A stretch of 64,000 nt of DNA. It comes from Candidatus Bathyarchaeota archaeon. GTDB lineage: Archaea; Thermoproteota; Bathyarchaeia; Bathyarchaeales; Bathycorpusculaceae. The translations under genes and the position numbers were made by a program. The DNA lies in assembly GCA_963739305.1 (NCBI GenBank), contig CAVTZU010000011.1:32001-96000 (forward strand). The letters run 5' to 3'. Position 1 is the first letter of the stretch. Each line of letters opens with the position of its first letter. Positions 28,372 to 38,551 of this stretch are shown one piece after another. The notes under the pieces are model-generated. The model ran no database searches, was not told where the DNA came from, and saw nothing but the letters and a program-made list of their open reading frames with translations.

Positions 28372-31300
28372 GTGTCGCGAGTGGGAGAATTGAACCATCG
28401 GATGAGCGAAGGCTATAGGCAGTACGTTGAAAGCCTCGAAGCCCGTTTTGCTGAACTGTACAGTCTCAGCGAGAAGGCACGGAGGAAAGGGTTAGATCCT
28501 TCGCTCACGCCGGAGAGCAAAATCGCAAAGGACCTTGCAGACCTGGTGGAGGGGCTCGTGGGTCCCAAAGGCGTCGCAGAGAGCATCAGAGAATTGAGTA
28601 CGAAGCTTCCGCGAGAAGAATTGGCTTTCAAAGTAACAGAAGAGATTGTGTACGGCAAGTTCGGGCACATGGAGGAGGAGGTGGCCGCGGAGCAGGCAAT
28701 TCGAACTGCATTGGCGATTTTCACTGAGGGGTTGACGGCCGCCCCTATACAGGGCGTCGCTAAAGTTAAGATAAAAGTGAATAGTGACCGGTCGCGTTAC
28801 CTTGCTATCTACTTCGCGGGACCGATTAGGTCGGCGGGGGGCACCGATCAAGCCTTGACGTTGGTAGTAGGCGATTTTGTACGCCGGCTTCTGGGGCTCG
28901 ACCGTTATAAACCAACGGAGCAGGAGATTTTACGGTTTGTTGAAGAGTTACGAATCTACGAACGCTCTTCTGGGATGCATTTTCAGTATCACATATCAGA
29001 TGAAGAACTGAAGAAGACTCTTCAATGCTTGCCAGTGGAAGTGACAGGCACGGAGTCGGATCCCATCGAGGTTTCTACGTTCAGAAACCTGCCACGAATA
29101 GAAACCAACCGCGTAAGGGGTGGGGCGCTCAGAGTTGTTAACGACGGGATCATTGGGAGAGCTCCCAAAGTCCGGACAATAATCGAGAAGCTTGGGTTTC
29201 AAGAGTGGGAGTGGCTTAAGGACGTTCGGGGCAAGTCCGGGAAGAAATCGGACGGGTTCATGGATGACGTTATAGCTGGTCGCCCAGTTTTCTCGTTCTC
29301 ATCCAGGCGAGGAGGGTTCCGGTTGAGGTATGGAAGGGCAAGGAACACGGGGTTGTCTGCCGTAGGCATTCACCCAGCAACGATGCTCGTGTTGAAGGGA
29401 TTTCTAGCTGGCGGAACCCAGATGCGCATGGAGCTTCCAGGAAAGGGCGGAATCTCGGTTCCTGTTGACGCCATAGACGGTCCAGTAGTCCGATTGAAGG
29501 ACGGTTCGGTTGTCCGAGTTTCGACCGAGAATTATAACGAGATCAAAGACAAGGTCGAGAAGATTCTGTTCTTAGGAGACATGCTGATAAGCTTTGGAGA
29601 TTTTCTCTACAACAGCAAGATCTTGCCGCCGTCGGGGTACGTTGAAGAGTGGTGGGTTCAAGAGGTGCGAAAAGCGATCGCAGAAAGGTGCGACGGAAAA
29701 CTTGAAACTGCCGCGGCAAGCATTGGTCTTTCTGCTGAAAGATTAAGAAGCTTCTTCAACAACCCCTATGACAACAGGCCCAACTTCAAAGAAGCCGTTG
29801 GGCTATCATTAGGACTGCACGTCCCAATGCATCCAGCTTACACGTTCTGCTGGTCAAATCTGCTCTCACTTGAGCAGTTAGAGAAAACGAGAACGTGGTT
29901 GTTGACGTCTGAGGTTCAAGCGGAAGACCGATTTGCCACGAAAGTAGTTGGGGAACTAAATGGAGACGTCAAACGAAGTCTAGAGTTGATAGGGCTTCCT
30001 CACAAGGTGATCGAGGGCAAGGTCATAATTCAAGGCGACGATGCAGCTGCCTTTGCACTGTGTTTAGGCTACGGAACCGCCCCAGAGTTAAGTCCGTCAA
30101 CAGCAAAGACAGTTCTGGAAGCAGTAAACTCTCTTTCGGGCCTGCAGATCAGGGACAAGGCTCCGACGTCGGTTGGCGCCCGCATGGGCAGACCTGAAAA
30201 GGCCAAGAGACGCGAGATGAAACCGTTGGTCCATGCACTTTTCCCGGTCGGTTTGGCTGGGGGCTCTCAGAGGGACATTGTTGAAGCCGCAAAACACGGA
30301 CCTACTTTCGTTGAGATCACGAAGCGGAAGTGCCCAGACTGCAAAACTTACACCTCACGCGTCAAGTGCCCCTCCTGCGGTTCTGAAACCATTCCTGAGA
30401 AGACGTGCCGAAAATGCGGAAAGAGCCTGAAAGACGATGAGTGCCCAACCTGTGGGATTCCAGCCATCAAGTTCCAGAAGCAAGTGATCAACTTCAAAGA
30501 ATCCCTTGAAAACGCCTGCAATGGCCTCGCCGTCTCAATGCCAAAAATCTTGAAAGGGGTCAAGGGGCTTACAAACGAGACCAAAACACCCGAAATCTTC
30601 GAAAAAGGGGTCCTTCGGGCTAAGCATGATTTGTCAGTTTACAAGGATGGAACAATAAGGTTCGACGCAACCAACGCGCCGCTAACGCATTTCAAACCAG
30701 CTGAGATTGGAGTTCCGGTCAGTAAGCTGAGAGAACTGGGGTACACGAGTGACGTTCATGGCGTGACCCTTACGGATGCAAATCAGATCTGTGAACTCAA
30801 GCTTCAAGACGTGGTGATCCCGGCGAAGGCAGCAGAATACTTCATCAAAGTGGCGGATTTTGTGGACGAACTGATGTCAAAGGTGTATGAGCTTCCTCCG
30901 TACTACCACATCAAGCTACCTGGAGACTTGGTGGGGCATCTAGTGTTCGGGTTGGCTCCGCACACTTGCGTTGGAATCCTTGGGCGTGTAATCGGCTTCA
31001 CCAACCTTAACCTCTGTTATGCCCATCCAGTGTGGCAGTCCGCTAAGAGAAGAGACTGCGACGGTGATGAAGACGCGCTGATTCTCGGGTTGGATGCGCT
31101 CTTGAACTTCTCCCGTGTATACCTGCCTGCACAAATCGGCGGGATAATGGATGCTCCACTTCTGCTCACTCCCGTCGTAAATACGAAAGAAGTTCAAAGA
31201 CAAGCTCACGACTTCGACGTTGCAGAATCTTATCCTCTTGAGTTTTATGAGAAGACTTGGCAAAAAACAGATGCACGGCAGGCGAGCCTATTGATTGATC

Positions 31301-31809
31301 TTATTGAATGTCGTCTAGGAACGGAAGCCCAGTTCGAAGGCTTCAACTTCACAACTGCTGTTTCCGATATCAACAAGTGCAACGCTGAAAGCGCGTATAA
31401 AAAGTTCAAAACTATGACCGACAAGTTGGACGGTCAGATGGATCTGGCTGAAAAGATCGATGCGGTAGATGCTAGCAAGGTGGCTCTCAAGGTTTTGAAG
31501 ACGCATTTTATGCCGGATATCGCGGGAAACCTGCGGGCTTTCTCGACCCAAGGCTTCAGGTGCAAAACGTGCAACCGCAAGTTCCGACGTTTGCCGCTCC
31601 GCGGGAAGTGTCCTTCATGTGGTGGTGAACTGTCCCTGACTGTTTACCGTGGTGGCATAGAGAAATATCTGGAGGCAGCAGGAAAGCTCGTTGAAAAATA
31701 CGGCTTGCCTAATTACTATTCCCAACGGATTGCTCTCGTTAGGGAGGAGATAGACGCCTTATTCGACGGAAAGAAGCCGAAACAAATTAGCTTGACCGAC
31801 TTTGCTTAA
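28372..31809 (+). CDS. polC: DNA polymerase D large subunit DP2
   Basis: AGPIRSAGGT, RLRYGR, RMGRPEK, KRRDCDGDED, Zn fingers; no intein. Confidence 0.97.
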   Translation: MSRVGELNHRMSEGYRQYVESLEARFAELYSLSEKARRKGLDPSLTPESKIAKDLADLVEGLVGPKGVAESIRELSTKLPREELAFKVTEEIVYGKFGHMEEEVAAEQAIRTALAIFTEGLTAAPIQGVAKVKIKVNSDRSRYLAIYFAGPIRSAGGTDQALTLVVGDFVRRLLGLDRYKPTEQEILRFVEELRIYERSSGMHFQYHISDEELKKTLQCLPVEVTGTESDPIEVSTFRNLPRIETNRVRGGALRVVNDGIIGRAPKVRTIIEKLGFQEWEWLKDVRGKSGKKSDGFMDDVIAGRPVFSFSSRRGGFRLRYGRARNTGLSAVGIHPATMLVLKGFLAGGTQMRMELPGKGGISVPVDAIDGPVVRLKDGSVVRVSTENYNEIKDKVEKILFLGDMLISFGDFLYNSKILPPSGYVEEWWVQEVRKAIAERCDGKLETAAASIGLSAERLRSFFNNPYDNRPNFKEAVGLSLGLHVPMHPAYTFCWSNLLSLEQLEKTRTWLLTSEVQAEDRFATKVVGELNGDVKRSLELIGLPHKVIEGKVIIQGDDAAAFALCLGYGTAPELSPSTAKTVLEAVNSLSGLQIRDKAPTSVGARMGRPEKAKRREMKPLVHALFPVGLAGGSQRDIVEAAKHGPTFVEITKRKCPDCKTYTSRVKCPSCGSETIPEKTCRKCGKSLKDDECPTCGIPAIKFQKQVINFKESLENACNGLAVSMPKILKGVKGLTNETKTPEIFEKGVLRAKHDLSVYKDGTIRFDATNAPLTHFKPAEIGVPVSKLRELGYTSDVHGVTLTDANQICELKLQDVVIPAKAAEYFIKVADFVDELMSKVYELPPYYHIKLPGDLVGHLVFGLAPHTCVGILGRVIGFTNLNLCYAHPVWQSAKRRDCDGDEDALILGLDALLNFSRVYLPAQIGGIMDAPLLLTPVVNTKEVQRQAHDFDVAESYPLEFYEKTWQKTDARQASLLIDLIECRLGTEAQFEGFNFTTAVSDINKCNAESAYKKFKTMTDKLDGQMDLAEKIDAVDASKVALKVLKTHFMPDIAGNLRAFSTQGFRCKTCNRKFRRLPLRGKCPSCGGELSLTVYRGGIEKYLEAAGKLVEKYGLPNYYSQRIALVREEIDALFDGKKPKQISLTDFA

Positions 31810-31852
31810 CAAGACTTTTCTATATAAACAGCTAAACACGATATGAACTGGC

Positions 31853-32125
31853 ATGGTCAAGGAGATCTATCATCCAAACGCCTACCTGTCACGCGTCAAG
31901 AACGTTAGCCGCGGCCTGAAGGCAAGAACCGAGATACTGAATTCTCTGGAGAAGACAATCGGCGACGCCAAAGCAGTGGCGACGCAATCAGGGTTGACGT
32001 ATGGAGTAGCCATGCATCACTTGAAACTCCTGGCAGCTGATGGAATTGTTGATCACAGGGATCACAGACCACGCATCTGGTCGCTAACGGGCAAGGGACA
32101 GAAACGTCTCGTCGCTCCACGCTAA
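31853..32125 (+). CDS. Small wHTH (ArsR-like) regulator
   Basis: RTEILNSL...YGVAMHHLKLLAADGIV...WSLTGKG. Confidence 0.75.
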   Translation: MVKEIYHPNAYLSRVKNVSRGLKARTEILNSLEKTIGDAKAVATQSGLTYGVAMHHLKLLAADGIVDHRDHRPRIWSLTGKGQKRLVAPR

Positions 32126-32409
32126 AAGGTGCATTGACAGGGCGAGTGACCGCACTTAAGACATCGGTTAGGGTACTTCGCGAGAGCCGCCTCTTCAAGA
32201 TCTATTCCTGTGAGGTTTGCGAGGGAAGCTAGCCATGCAATCACGTCCGCAAATTCCTCCTCCAGCTCTGCACGATTGGTCGAGTTCAACGCTTCACCCA
32301 ACTCTCTCAATTCATCAGTTAGCCACTCGTAGGTTCCTATTTTGCCCCGCTCAGAATCTCTGTGGAAGTATAAGCGGCGCATCATCTCTTGGAATTCATG
32401 GATGTGCAT
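32122..32409 (-). CDS. MazG-like nucleotide pyrophosphohydrolase
   Basis: ELRELGEAL...EEEFADVIAWL; C-terminal Cys cluster. Confidence 0.88.
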   Translation of the reverse strand: MHIHEFQEMMRRLYFHRDSERGKIGTYEWLTDELRELGEALNSTNRAELEEEFADVIAWLASLANLTGIDLEEAALAKYPNRCLKCGHSPCQCTF

Positions 32410-32461
32410 AGTGCGTTCACTCCATCTTCCTCGGCAAGTGTTGTGTGTCTTCGTTGAAAAA

Positions 32462-33778
32462 TCAGCGGATTTTGATGTACTTGTACGCTTCGGTCGCGTT
32501 CTCGAAGCAGTAATGCACCTTCTGGTAGTCTTTTCTGAACTCTGTGACGTCTGTCCTCACTTTGTCCAAGGAATCCTTCTGCAGTATCACGCGTTTGATA
32601 AAGTCGGCTATCTGTTGCATTTCTGGTTCCTTCATGCCCAGTCGTGTGACTTCGGAGACGCCTAGCCTTATCCCTCCGGGGTGCATGAAGTGTCTTCCTT
32701 CCTTGATGTCCCAAGGGAGTAAGTTCCTGTTTATGATTACGTTTGCCTTCTCCAAGGTTTCCTCGATCGTGCCGCCGTCACCATGCTTGGTTATGTCAAT
32801 GAGGATGACGTGCGATTGCGTGAATCCCTTGTGTTGAGCCAGCACATCAAAGCCCCTCTCGTAGAGTGCCTGGCCGAGAGCCTTTGCGTTCCTGACTATT
32901 TGGGTTGCGTATTCTTTGCCGAACTCTAACATTTCCGAGCATGCAATGGCAAGTCCTGCCACGGAGTGTAGGTGGTGGTTACTTACCATTCCTGGAAAAG
33001 TTGCCTTCTTTATTTTGTCAGCATACTTGTCCCAGGAAAGGATGCCGCCGTGCTGGGGACCAAAAAACGTCTTGTGCGTGCTTAGGCTCACGACGTCGGC
33101 GCCTTCCTTTATTGGGTCTTGAAACTGTCCACCTGCAATCAACCCAGCTACGTGGGCCGCGTCGTAGCCGACCGTTGCTCCTGTCGAACGAATGGTCTCT
33201 GCCAACTCCTTGACTGGGTGTGGAAAGGGGAAGACGCTTGCGCCGAACATGACGAACTTTGGAGGTTTCCCTTTTGCTGCAAGCTCTTTGATCTTAATCT
33301 TTGCTTTGTCGACGTCTATGTTGAGCTCCTTGTAGTCCAACGGTAGATATTCAACGTTTAGTCCTTTGACGGCGCCTGCCGTTCCGCCGAGTTCCTTCTT
33401 GCCCGAGGTGATGTGTCCTCCGCTCGGGATCGAAAGCGCCAAAAGAGTGTCTCCTGGTTCCGTGAAAGCCGTGTAGACTGCTAGGTTGGCAACGACGCCT
33501 GAGATCGGTCGAACATCAACAAACTCTGCTCGGTAGAGCTGCTTCATGAGGTCGATACACTTGAATTCCACCTGATCAATGTACTTGCAACCGGCGTAGA
33601 CGCGTTCTCCTGGCCAACCTTCCGCGTAACGATTTCCAAAGTCGGTTATGATTGCCTCGCGAACAGCTGGGCTTGGAACGTTTTCGCTGGCGATAAGTGG
33701 AATGCTTTCTTGGAACCATTTGTGATGTTGCTGAAGAAGATCAAACACGTGATCATACTCATCTTTCGGACTAGCCAT
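32462..33778 (-). CDS. glyA: Serine hydroxymethyltransferase
   Basis: LIASEN, RYAEG, DAAHVAGLIAG, STHKTFFGP, GIRLG. Confidence 0.96.
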   Translation of the reverse strand: MASPKDEYDHVFDLLQQHHKWFQESIPLIASENVPSPAVREAIITDFGNRYAEGWPGERVYAGCKYIDQVEFKCIDLMKQLYRAEFVDVRPISGVVANLAVYTAFTEPGDTLLALSIPSGGHITSGKKELGGTAGAVKGLNVEYLPLDYKELNIDVDKAKIKIKELAAKGKPPKFVMFGASVFPFPHPVKELAETIRSTGATVGYDAAHVAGLIAGGQFQDPIKEGADVVSLSTHKTFFGPQHGGILSWDKYADKIKKATFPGMVSNHHLHSVAGLAIACSEMLEFGKEYATQIVRNAKALGQALYERGFDVLAQHKGFTQSHVILIDITKHGDGGTIEETLEKANVIINRNLLPWDIKEGRHFMHPGGIRLGVSEVTRLGMKEPEMQQIADFIKRVILQKDSLDKVRTDVTEFRKDYQKVHYCFENATEAYKYIKIR

Positions 33779-33901
33779 TTGAGAGCATCCTTCGTATGAC
33801 ACTCTAAACTTTGTTCGGAAATAAAAACTCTTAGCTAAGCGTAACGTTAATAATGCGCGTGCTTAATGAAGTTATTAGTTATCAAGGATTAGGCGTCAAA
33901 T

Positions 33902-34075
33902 ATGAGTACCCGAAGGAAAAAGGGAGAAAAGAAGTCTCCGATGCCCGCTGCAAGCGCAGGGTTACTCAGGTTTTTTGAAGAAGAAACCGAAGGCGTAAAG
34001 ATTCGGCCAGAACTCCTGATGGGCGCGGCGGTGGCTTTGATAGTTGTCTGCGTCTTGGCAGACATATTCTTCTAA
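33902..34075 (+). CDS. secG: Preprotein translocase subunit Sec61-beta (missed by ORF track)
   Basis: MSTRRKKGEKKSPMPAASAGLLRFFEEETEGVKIRPELLMGAAVALIVVCVLADIFF. Confidence 0.92.
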   Translation: MSTRRKKGEKKSPMPAASAGLLRFFEEETEGVKIRPELLMGAAVALIVVCVLADIFF

Positions 34076-34084
34076 GATCAGGTT

Positions 34085-34372
34085 CTAACGACGCGAAGGC
34101 ACATGCAACACTTCTATTCGTTGCACTGAGTCTAAGTGGAGAAATATCTCGCTTGCCTCCTCTCTGCTTGCAACTTGTGGAATTGGTTGGGCGATGGTTG
34201 CCCGCAAGATAATTGCTTCTGCGTCAGAAAGCCAAATGCCCGCGGGTTCACGGGTGATGGCGACCAAGGTTCCTTCAAATCCGTAGGCAGGGTCCAAGAT
34301 CACGCGTACCTTGTTTCCAACGTTCTTCTCAAGCATATGGAATATTGTTGGCGGGAGACTCTGCTCCGGCAT
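34085..34372 (-). CDS. Divergent Sm/Lsm-like protein
   Basis: Helix plus VGNKVRVIL..GFEGTL..IWLSDAE (Sm1) and IFLHLDSVQRIE (Sm2). Confidence 0.65.
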   Translation of the reverse strand: MPEQSLPPTIFHMLEKNVGNKVRVILDPAYGFEGTLVAITREPAGIWLSDAEAIILRATIAQPIPQVASREEASEIFLHLDSVQRIEVLHVPSRR

Positions 34373-34634
34373 AGTGCTCGCAAAACTCCGTGTTTCGGTT
34401 AATTGATACTAGACTACTGGTGGAACACAGTTATATACTGTACTAATGGTCTCGCGTCCACACACCTGTCTCAGCATGCGTTCCTCTAGACTAGTTTATG
34501 TTAAGGACAGCAAGCTCCAGGAGCAGGAAATTGCGAGGGTTCATTCAATCAGAATCTTCGTTCGCTGCTTGACGACGCGACACTTTAATATGGACGCGCT
34601 CCTCTTCTAGGAGACTCAAAATTGGCGATCATCG

Positions 34635-36461
34635 GTGTCCGTTGAAGACTCGCTGAGACAGTCTATGGAAAAAGCAAAAAAGCGTTATTCATCACTGTTC
34701 AGACTACCATCAGATCGGAAAATCCTCCTAGGATTGGCCTTTGTCTGCATCGTTTGTGGCCTGCTACCCACGTTATTAGTCATTCCCTCATATGCGGGGG
34801 TAGTCGGAGGGCTACTTCTAGGTCTGATCGTCTTCTTTGCAGGTTTGGTTGCGGATTTCGTCATCCACATGCTCATTATGACCAAGGACGCCATCTATAA
34901 TCTAAGGCGGACGATGGCGATTTCGCTCTTCTCTTGGGGGCTTTGGTTCTTCTTCATCCTGTTGGGAATCGTCTTAACAGCACTTACGGGTTTTCAGAAC
35001 TGGTGGTTTCGGCTTTGCCTCATGGGTTTCGCCGCAGTGATAATCCTGCGGTTGGTGGTCCTGTCGTCTACAACGACTATGAGCAGAATCAGGGTTCTTG
35101 CTGGGTCGCTTCTCGAACCTTTCCTATGTGTGTTTCCATTTCTTGCTGTTTGGACTGCTGCTGGGAACTCCTTGACTTTGTATGTTCCTCTTTTCTTCGT
35201 CTTTGCAGTTGCCGTGGGGATTGTTTCAAGCTATGCTTTTCTTTATCCTTTGGATCGTATCGGCAGACGCCTGTTAGGCATGCGTTCGTTGTTGCTTTTC
35301 AGGGCGTTCATGTTCAATTGGGTTCTGGGCCTCAATGCCCCGTTTGAAGAGTTGCTTGAAGAGTTGGGCGAGAAAAAGAACGTTGAGGCTTCTCTTTTGA
35401 ATTTCGTGTCAGCGAAGTCCAGAACGGTCATTGTCGTACCTTCAATTCATCCAGGCCCATTCAAGAACATCGGCAGTAGCCTTCTGCCCTCTCTTCTCAA
35501 GGGAGCTCTCGAAAGAGAATTCAGCTGCACTGCCTGCGTACCTCATGGTTTGCTTGGTCACGAATATGACCTCGCTTCTCAACGGCAGAACCAGAAAGTT
35601 ATTGACAGTGTCATTTCGACCATTCGCGACCTGAAAGCTTCAGGTGCCACAGCTTCTCCTTTCGTGAAAGAAACAAATGGCCTTGCGACAGCATGCTGCC
35701 AAGTTTTCGGTAAGTCCGCAATAATCTCCTTTACGCTCGCACCCAAGACCATCGAAGATTTGCCCGAGGAACTAGGCCTGCTGGTTCATGAGGAGGCCGA
35801 ACGGAACGGTTTGAATCTCTGCGCAATAGTGAACGCGCACAACAGCATGGATGGGGACGCGGAGGTGGCAGATGCAATAGCTTCTCTGAAGGACGTCGCG
35901 AATAAATGCTTGAAGAAAGCCGTGGCGTTGAATCAATTACCTTTCGAAATCGGCGCAGCAACCATCCTGCCCAAGGAATTCAGTCTAGAGGATGGAATGG
36001 GAACTGGGGGCATCACGGTGATTGTCATCCAGACGGGAAAACAGAGGTCTGCGTATGTCGTCATCGATGGGAACAACATGGTTTCAGGCTTGCGTGAGGA
36101 GATTCTAGCATCGTTGAAGCAGATGGGTGTCGATGATGGTGAAGTCTTCACGACAGACACGCATTCGGTCAGTGCCTTGATACTTGGCGACCAAGGTTAT
36201 CATCCGGTTGGAGAGGCGATGGACAGGGAAAGACTGGTTGCATACATCGACCAAGCGACTTCCGCTGCGACTGCAAAATTGGAGCCTGTTCAGGGATCGT
36301 GCAGAAGCATCACGGTAAACGATGTTACGGTTCTGGGTGAGAAGCAACTTGAAACGTTATGTGTTCTCATAGACAAGAGTCTTCGGACAGCCAAGCGCAT
36401 TGCTCTCCCTGTGTTCTTGGTCGCCGGACTGGTGTTGATGTCGTTTTTGCTGTTTCTATGA
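34635..36461 (+). CDS. DUF2070 family membrane protein
   Basis: Multi-TM N-terminus; HPGPF, AHN, DGNN, TTDTH motifs. Confidence 0.88.
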   Translation: MSVEDSLRQSMEKAKKRYSSLFRLPSDRKILLGLAFVCIVCGLLPTLLVIPSYAGVVGGLLLGLIVFFAGLVADFVIHMLIMTKDAIYNLRRTMAISLFSWGLWFFFILLGIVLTALTGFQNWWFRLCLMGFAAVIILRLVVLSSTTTMSRIRVLAGSLLEPFLCVFPFLAVWTAAGNSLTLYVPLFFVFAVAVGIVSSYAFLYPLDRIGRRLLGMRSLLLFRAFMFNWVLGLNAPFEELLEELGEKKNVEASLLNFVSAKSRTVIVVPSIHPGPFKNIGSSLLPSLLKGALEREFSCTACVPHGLLGHEYDLASQRQNQKVIDSVISTIRDLKASGATASPFVKETNGLATACCQVFGKSAIISFTLAPKTIEDLPEELGLLVHEEAERNGLNLCAIVNAHNSMDGDAEVADAIASLKDVANKCLKKAVALNQLPFEIGAATILPKEFSLEDGMGTGGITVIVIQTGKQRSAYVVIDGNNMVSGLREEILASLKQMGVDDGEVFTTDTHSVSALILGDQGYHPVGEAMDRERLVAYIDQATSAATAKLEPVQGSCRSITVNDVTVLGEKQLETLCVLIDKSLRTAKRIALPVFLVAGLVLMSFLLFL

Positions 36462-36520
36462 GCTAACACTAATAAGGTTGAAATTTCCCAACGTTAACTT
36501 CCCGGTAGAAGGGAGAATTC

Positions 36521-37090
36521 TTGTTGAGAGAAGTCCGAATTCATGGTCGTGGAGGCCAAGGAAGCGTAATGGCTGCAGAGGTTCTGGCTCACGCTGCTTT
36601 TCTCGAGGGCAAAGCGGTCCAAGCTTTCCCGTATTTTGGAGCCGAACGAAGAGGCGCTCCCGTCAAAGCCTTCGCGAGAATAAGTGATGAACCAATACTT
36701 ATTCACAGCCAAGTTTACAGCCCCGACTACGTGATAGTGCTTGATCCCTATATCTACAAAGTCGTCGACGTCGCTGAAGGCTTGAACAAAAACGGAATTA
36801 TCGTGATGAACACGACGAAGAAACCTGAGGAGCTTGGTTTGGGTGATTGCAGGGTCGCCACAGTTGATGCAACACGGATAGCTCTTGAGCTCAACTTGCT
36901 CGTTGCAGGCTTGCCTGTTGTCAACACTTCGATTCTAGGAGCGTTCGCTAAGGGAACTGGTGAAGTGAAACTGGAAAGTGTCTTGAAAGCCGTGCGAGAC
37001 ACGTGGTCAGGCGCTGCAGGAGAGAAGAATGCTCGCGCGACAGAGCTTGCGTATGAGCGTTCGAAAAAATGGTGGAATGGTGATGCATAA
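36521..37090 (+). CDS. porG: 2-oxoacid:ferredoxin oxidoreductase gamma subunit
   Basis: HGRGGQG, FGAERRGAPV. Confidence 0.93.
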   Translation: MLREVRIHGRGGQGSVMAAEVLAHAAFLEGKAVQAFPYFGAERRGAPVKAFARISDEPILIHSQVYSPDYVIVLDPYIYKVVDVAEGLNKNGIIVMNTTKKPEELGLGDCRVATVDATRIALELNLLVAGLPVVNTSILGAFAKGTGEVKLESVLKAVRDTWSGAAGEKNARATELAYERSKKWWNGDA

Positions 37091-37371
37091 TGAGCACAGC
37101 AAAACGCCGCAAAGAAATGCCCGTTACTCCACTTTCCTCGCCGACCGAGGGGAGCATGGGGAAAACGGGATCATGGAGAACCTTCCGACCCGAAGTTGAC
37201 TACGGCAAATGTACACATTGTACTTTTTGCTGGATCTACTGTCCAGATTCAGCTATTACTCGACAGGAGGACGATTCTCCGAAAATAGATTATGATTACT
37301 GCAAAGGTTGCGGTATATGCGCGAACGAGTGCCCAACCAAGGCGATAACGATGAAGCGTGAGGAAGAATAG
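37090..37371 (+). CDS. porD: 2-oxoacid:ferredoxin oxidoreductase delta subunit (2x[4Fe-4S])
   Basis: TGSWRTFRP, CTHCTFCWIYCP, CKGCGICANECP. Confidence 0.93.
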   Translation: MSTAKRRKEMPVTPLSSPTEGSMGKTGSWRTFRPEVDYGKCTHCTFCWIYCPDSAITRQEDDSPKIDYDYCKGCGICANECPTKAITMKREEE

Positions 37372-37372
37372 A

Positions 37373-38551
37373 ATGACACAGATGATAGTTGACACAGCCA
37401 ATCACCTAGCAGGTTACGCTGCAAAAGCTGCCAGAGTCAAGGTTGTCGCAGCCTACCCAATAACACCACAGACGACGATAGTCGAGAAGATAGCGGATTT
37501 CGTGGAGAGCGGAGAAATGGACGCAGAGTACATCCGCGTAGAATCTGAGCACAGCGCAATGGTCGCGTGCATTGCTGCGGCTTCAGCTGGCGTCAGAACG
37601 TTCACTGCAACTTCGTCGCATGGTTTGGCCCTCATGCATGAAGCCTTGCACTGGGCATCGGGCTCGCGCCTGCCAATCGTGATGGCAGTCGTCAACCGTG
37701 CCATGGGAGCTCCATGGAGCATTTGGCCCGACTTCAGTGATTCACTCTCTCAACGGGACACGGGGTGGATACAATTCTACTGTGCTGACAATCAAGAGGT
37801 TTTTGACACCATAATCCAGGCCTACAAGCTGTGCGAGAATGAAAAAGTGTTCTTGCCCGCGATGATCTGTCTTGAGGGTTTCATCTTATCCCACACCTAC
37901 GCAGCGTCAAACGTTCCTGATCAGAACAAGATCGACGAGTTCTTACCCGAGTATAAGTGTGGTTGGACAATGGACGTTGACCATCCTTATTCGCATGCAA
38001 ACCTTGTAGCGCCCGAGTATTACATGGAATTCCGATACATGATCCAAGAAGCAATGGAAAACGCCAAAAAGCTCATTCCGCAGGTTGACCAGGAGTATGG
38101 GAAGCATTTTGGCAGAGAATGCGGTGGACTAGTGGAGAAATACAAGTGCGAAGACGCCGACCTCGTGATGCTTACGATGGGGACAATGGCGGGCGACGCA
38201 AAGTTAGCCGCCGATAAGATGCGCAAGGAAGGGTTGAAGGTAGGTTCGGCCAGGGTTCGCGTTTATCGTCCCTACCCCGTTGAAGAGATCGTGAAACTAG
38301 CCAAGGGCGTTCAAATGATTTCGACGATAGATCGCCACATATCCTTTGGAATGGAAGGGTTTCTTGCCTCAGAAACGAAAGCCTCGTTGTTTGATCAGAA
38401 AGACAAGCCGCTTGTAGCCGGCTTCATCGCGGGGCTCGGAGGACGAGACGTGACAGCTGGTACGATTGAACGCATGGCAAAGAAGTCTCTTAAGTGGATG
38501 CATGCTGGTAAGATCGAAAAAGGAACGGAATGGGTTGATTTGAAGGAGTGA
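37373..38551 (+). CDS. porA: 2-oxoacid:ferredoxin oxidoreductase alpha subunit
   Basis: YPITPQT, ESEHSA, TATSSHGL, GLGGRD. Confidence 0.94.
   Translation: MTQMIVDTANHLAGYAAKAARVKVVAAYPITPQTTIVEKIADFVESGEMDAEYIRVESEHSAMVACIAAASAGVRTFTATSSHGLALMHEALHWASGSRLPIVMAVVNRAMGAPWSIWPDFSDSLSQRDTGWIQFYCADNQEVFDTIIQAYKLCENEKVFLPAMICLEGFILSHTYAASNVPDQNKIDEFLPEYKCGWTMDVDHPYSHANLVAPEYYMEFRYMIQEAMENAKKLIPQVDQEYGKHFGRECGGLVEKYKCEDADLVMLTMGTMAGDAKLAADKMRKEGLKVGSARVRVYRPYPVEEIVKLAKGVQMISTIDRHISFGMEGFLASETKASLFDQKDKPLVAGFIAGLGGRDVTAGTIERMAKKSLKWMHAGKIEKGTEWVDLKE

Noticed and set aside
28372-31809. Intein in PolD DP2 (or in Cdc6)
   Set aside because: Lengths are normal, motifs are contiguous, and there is no intein terminus or LAGLIDADG signature.
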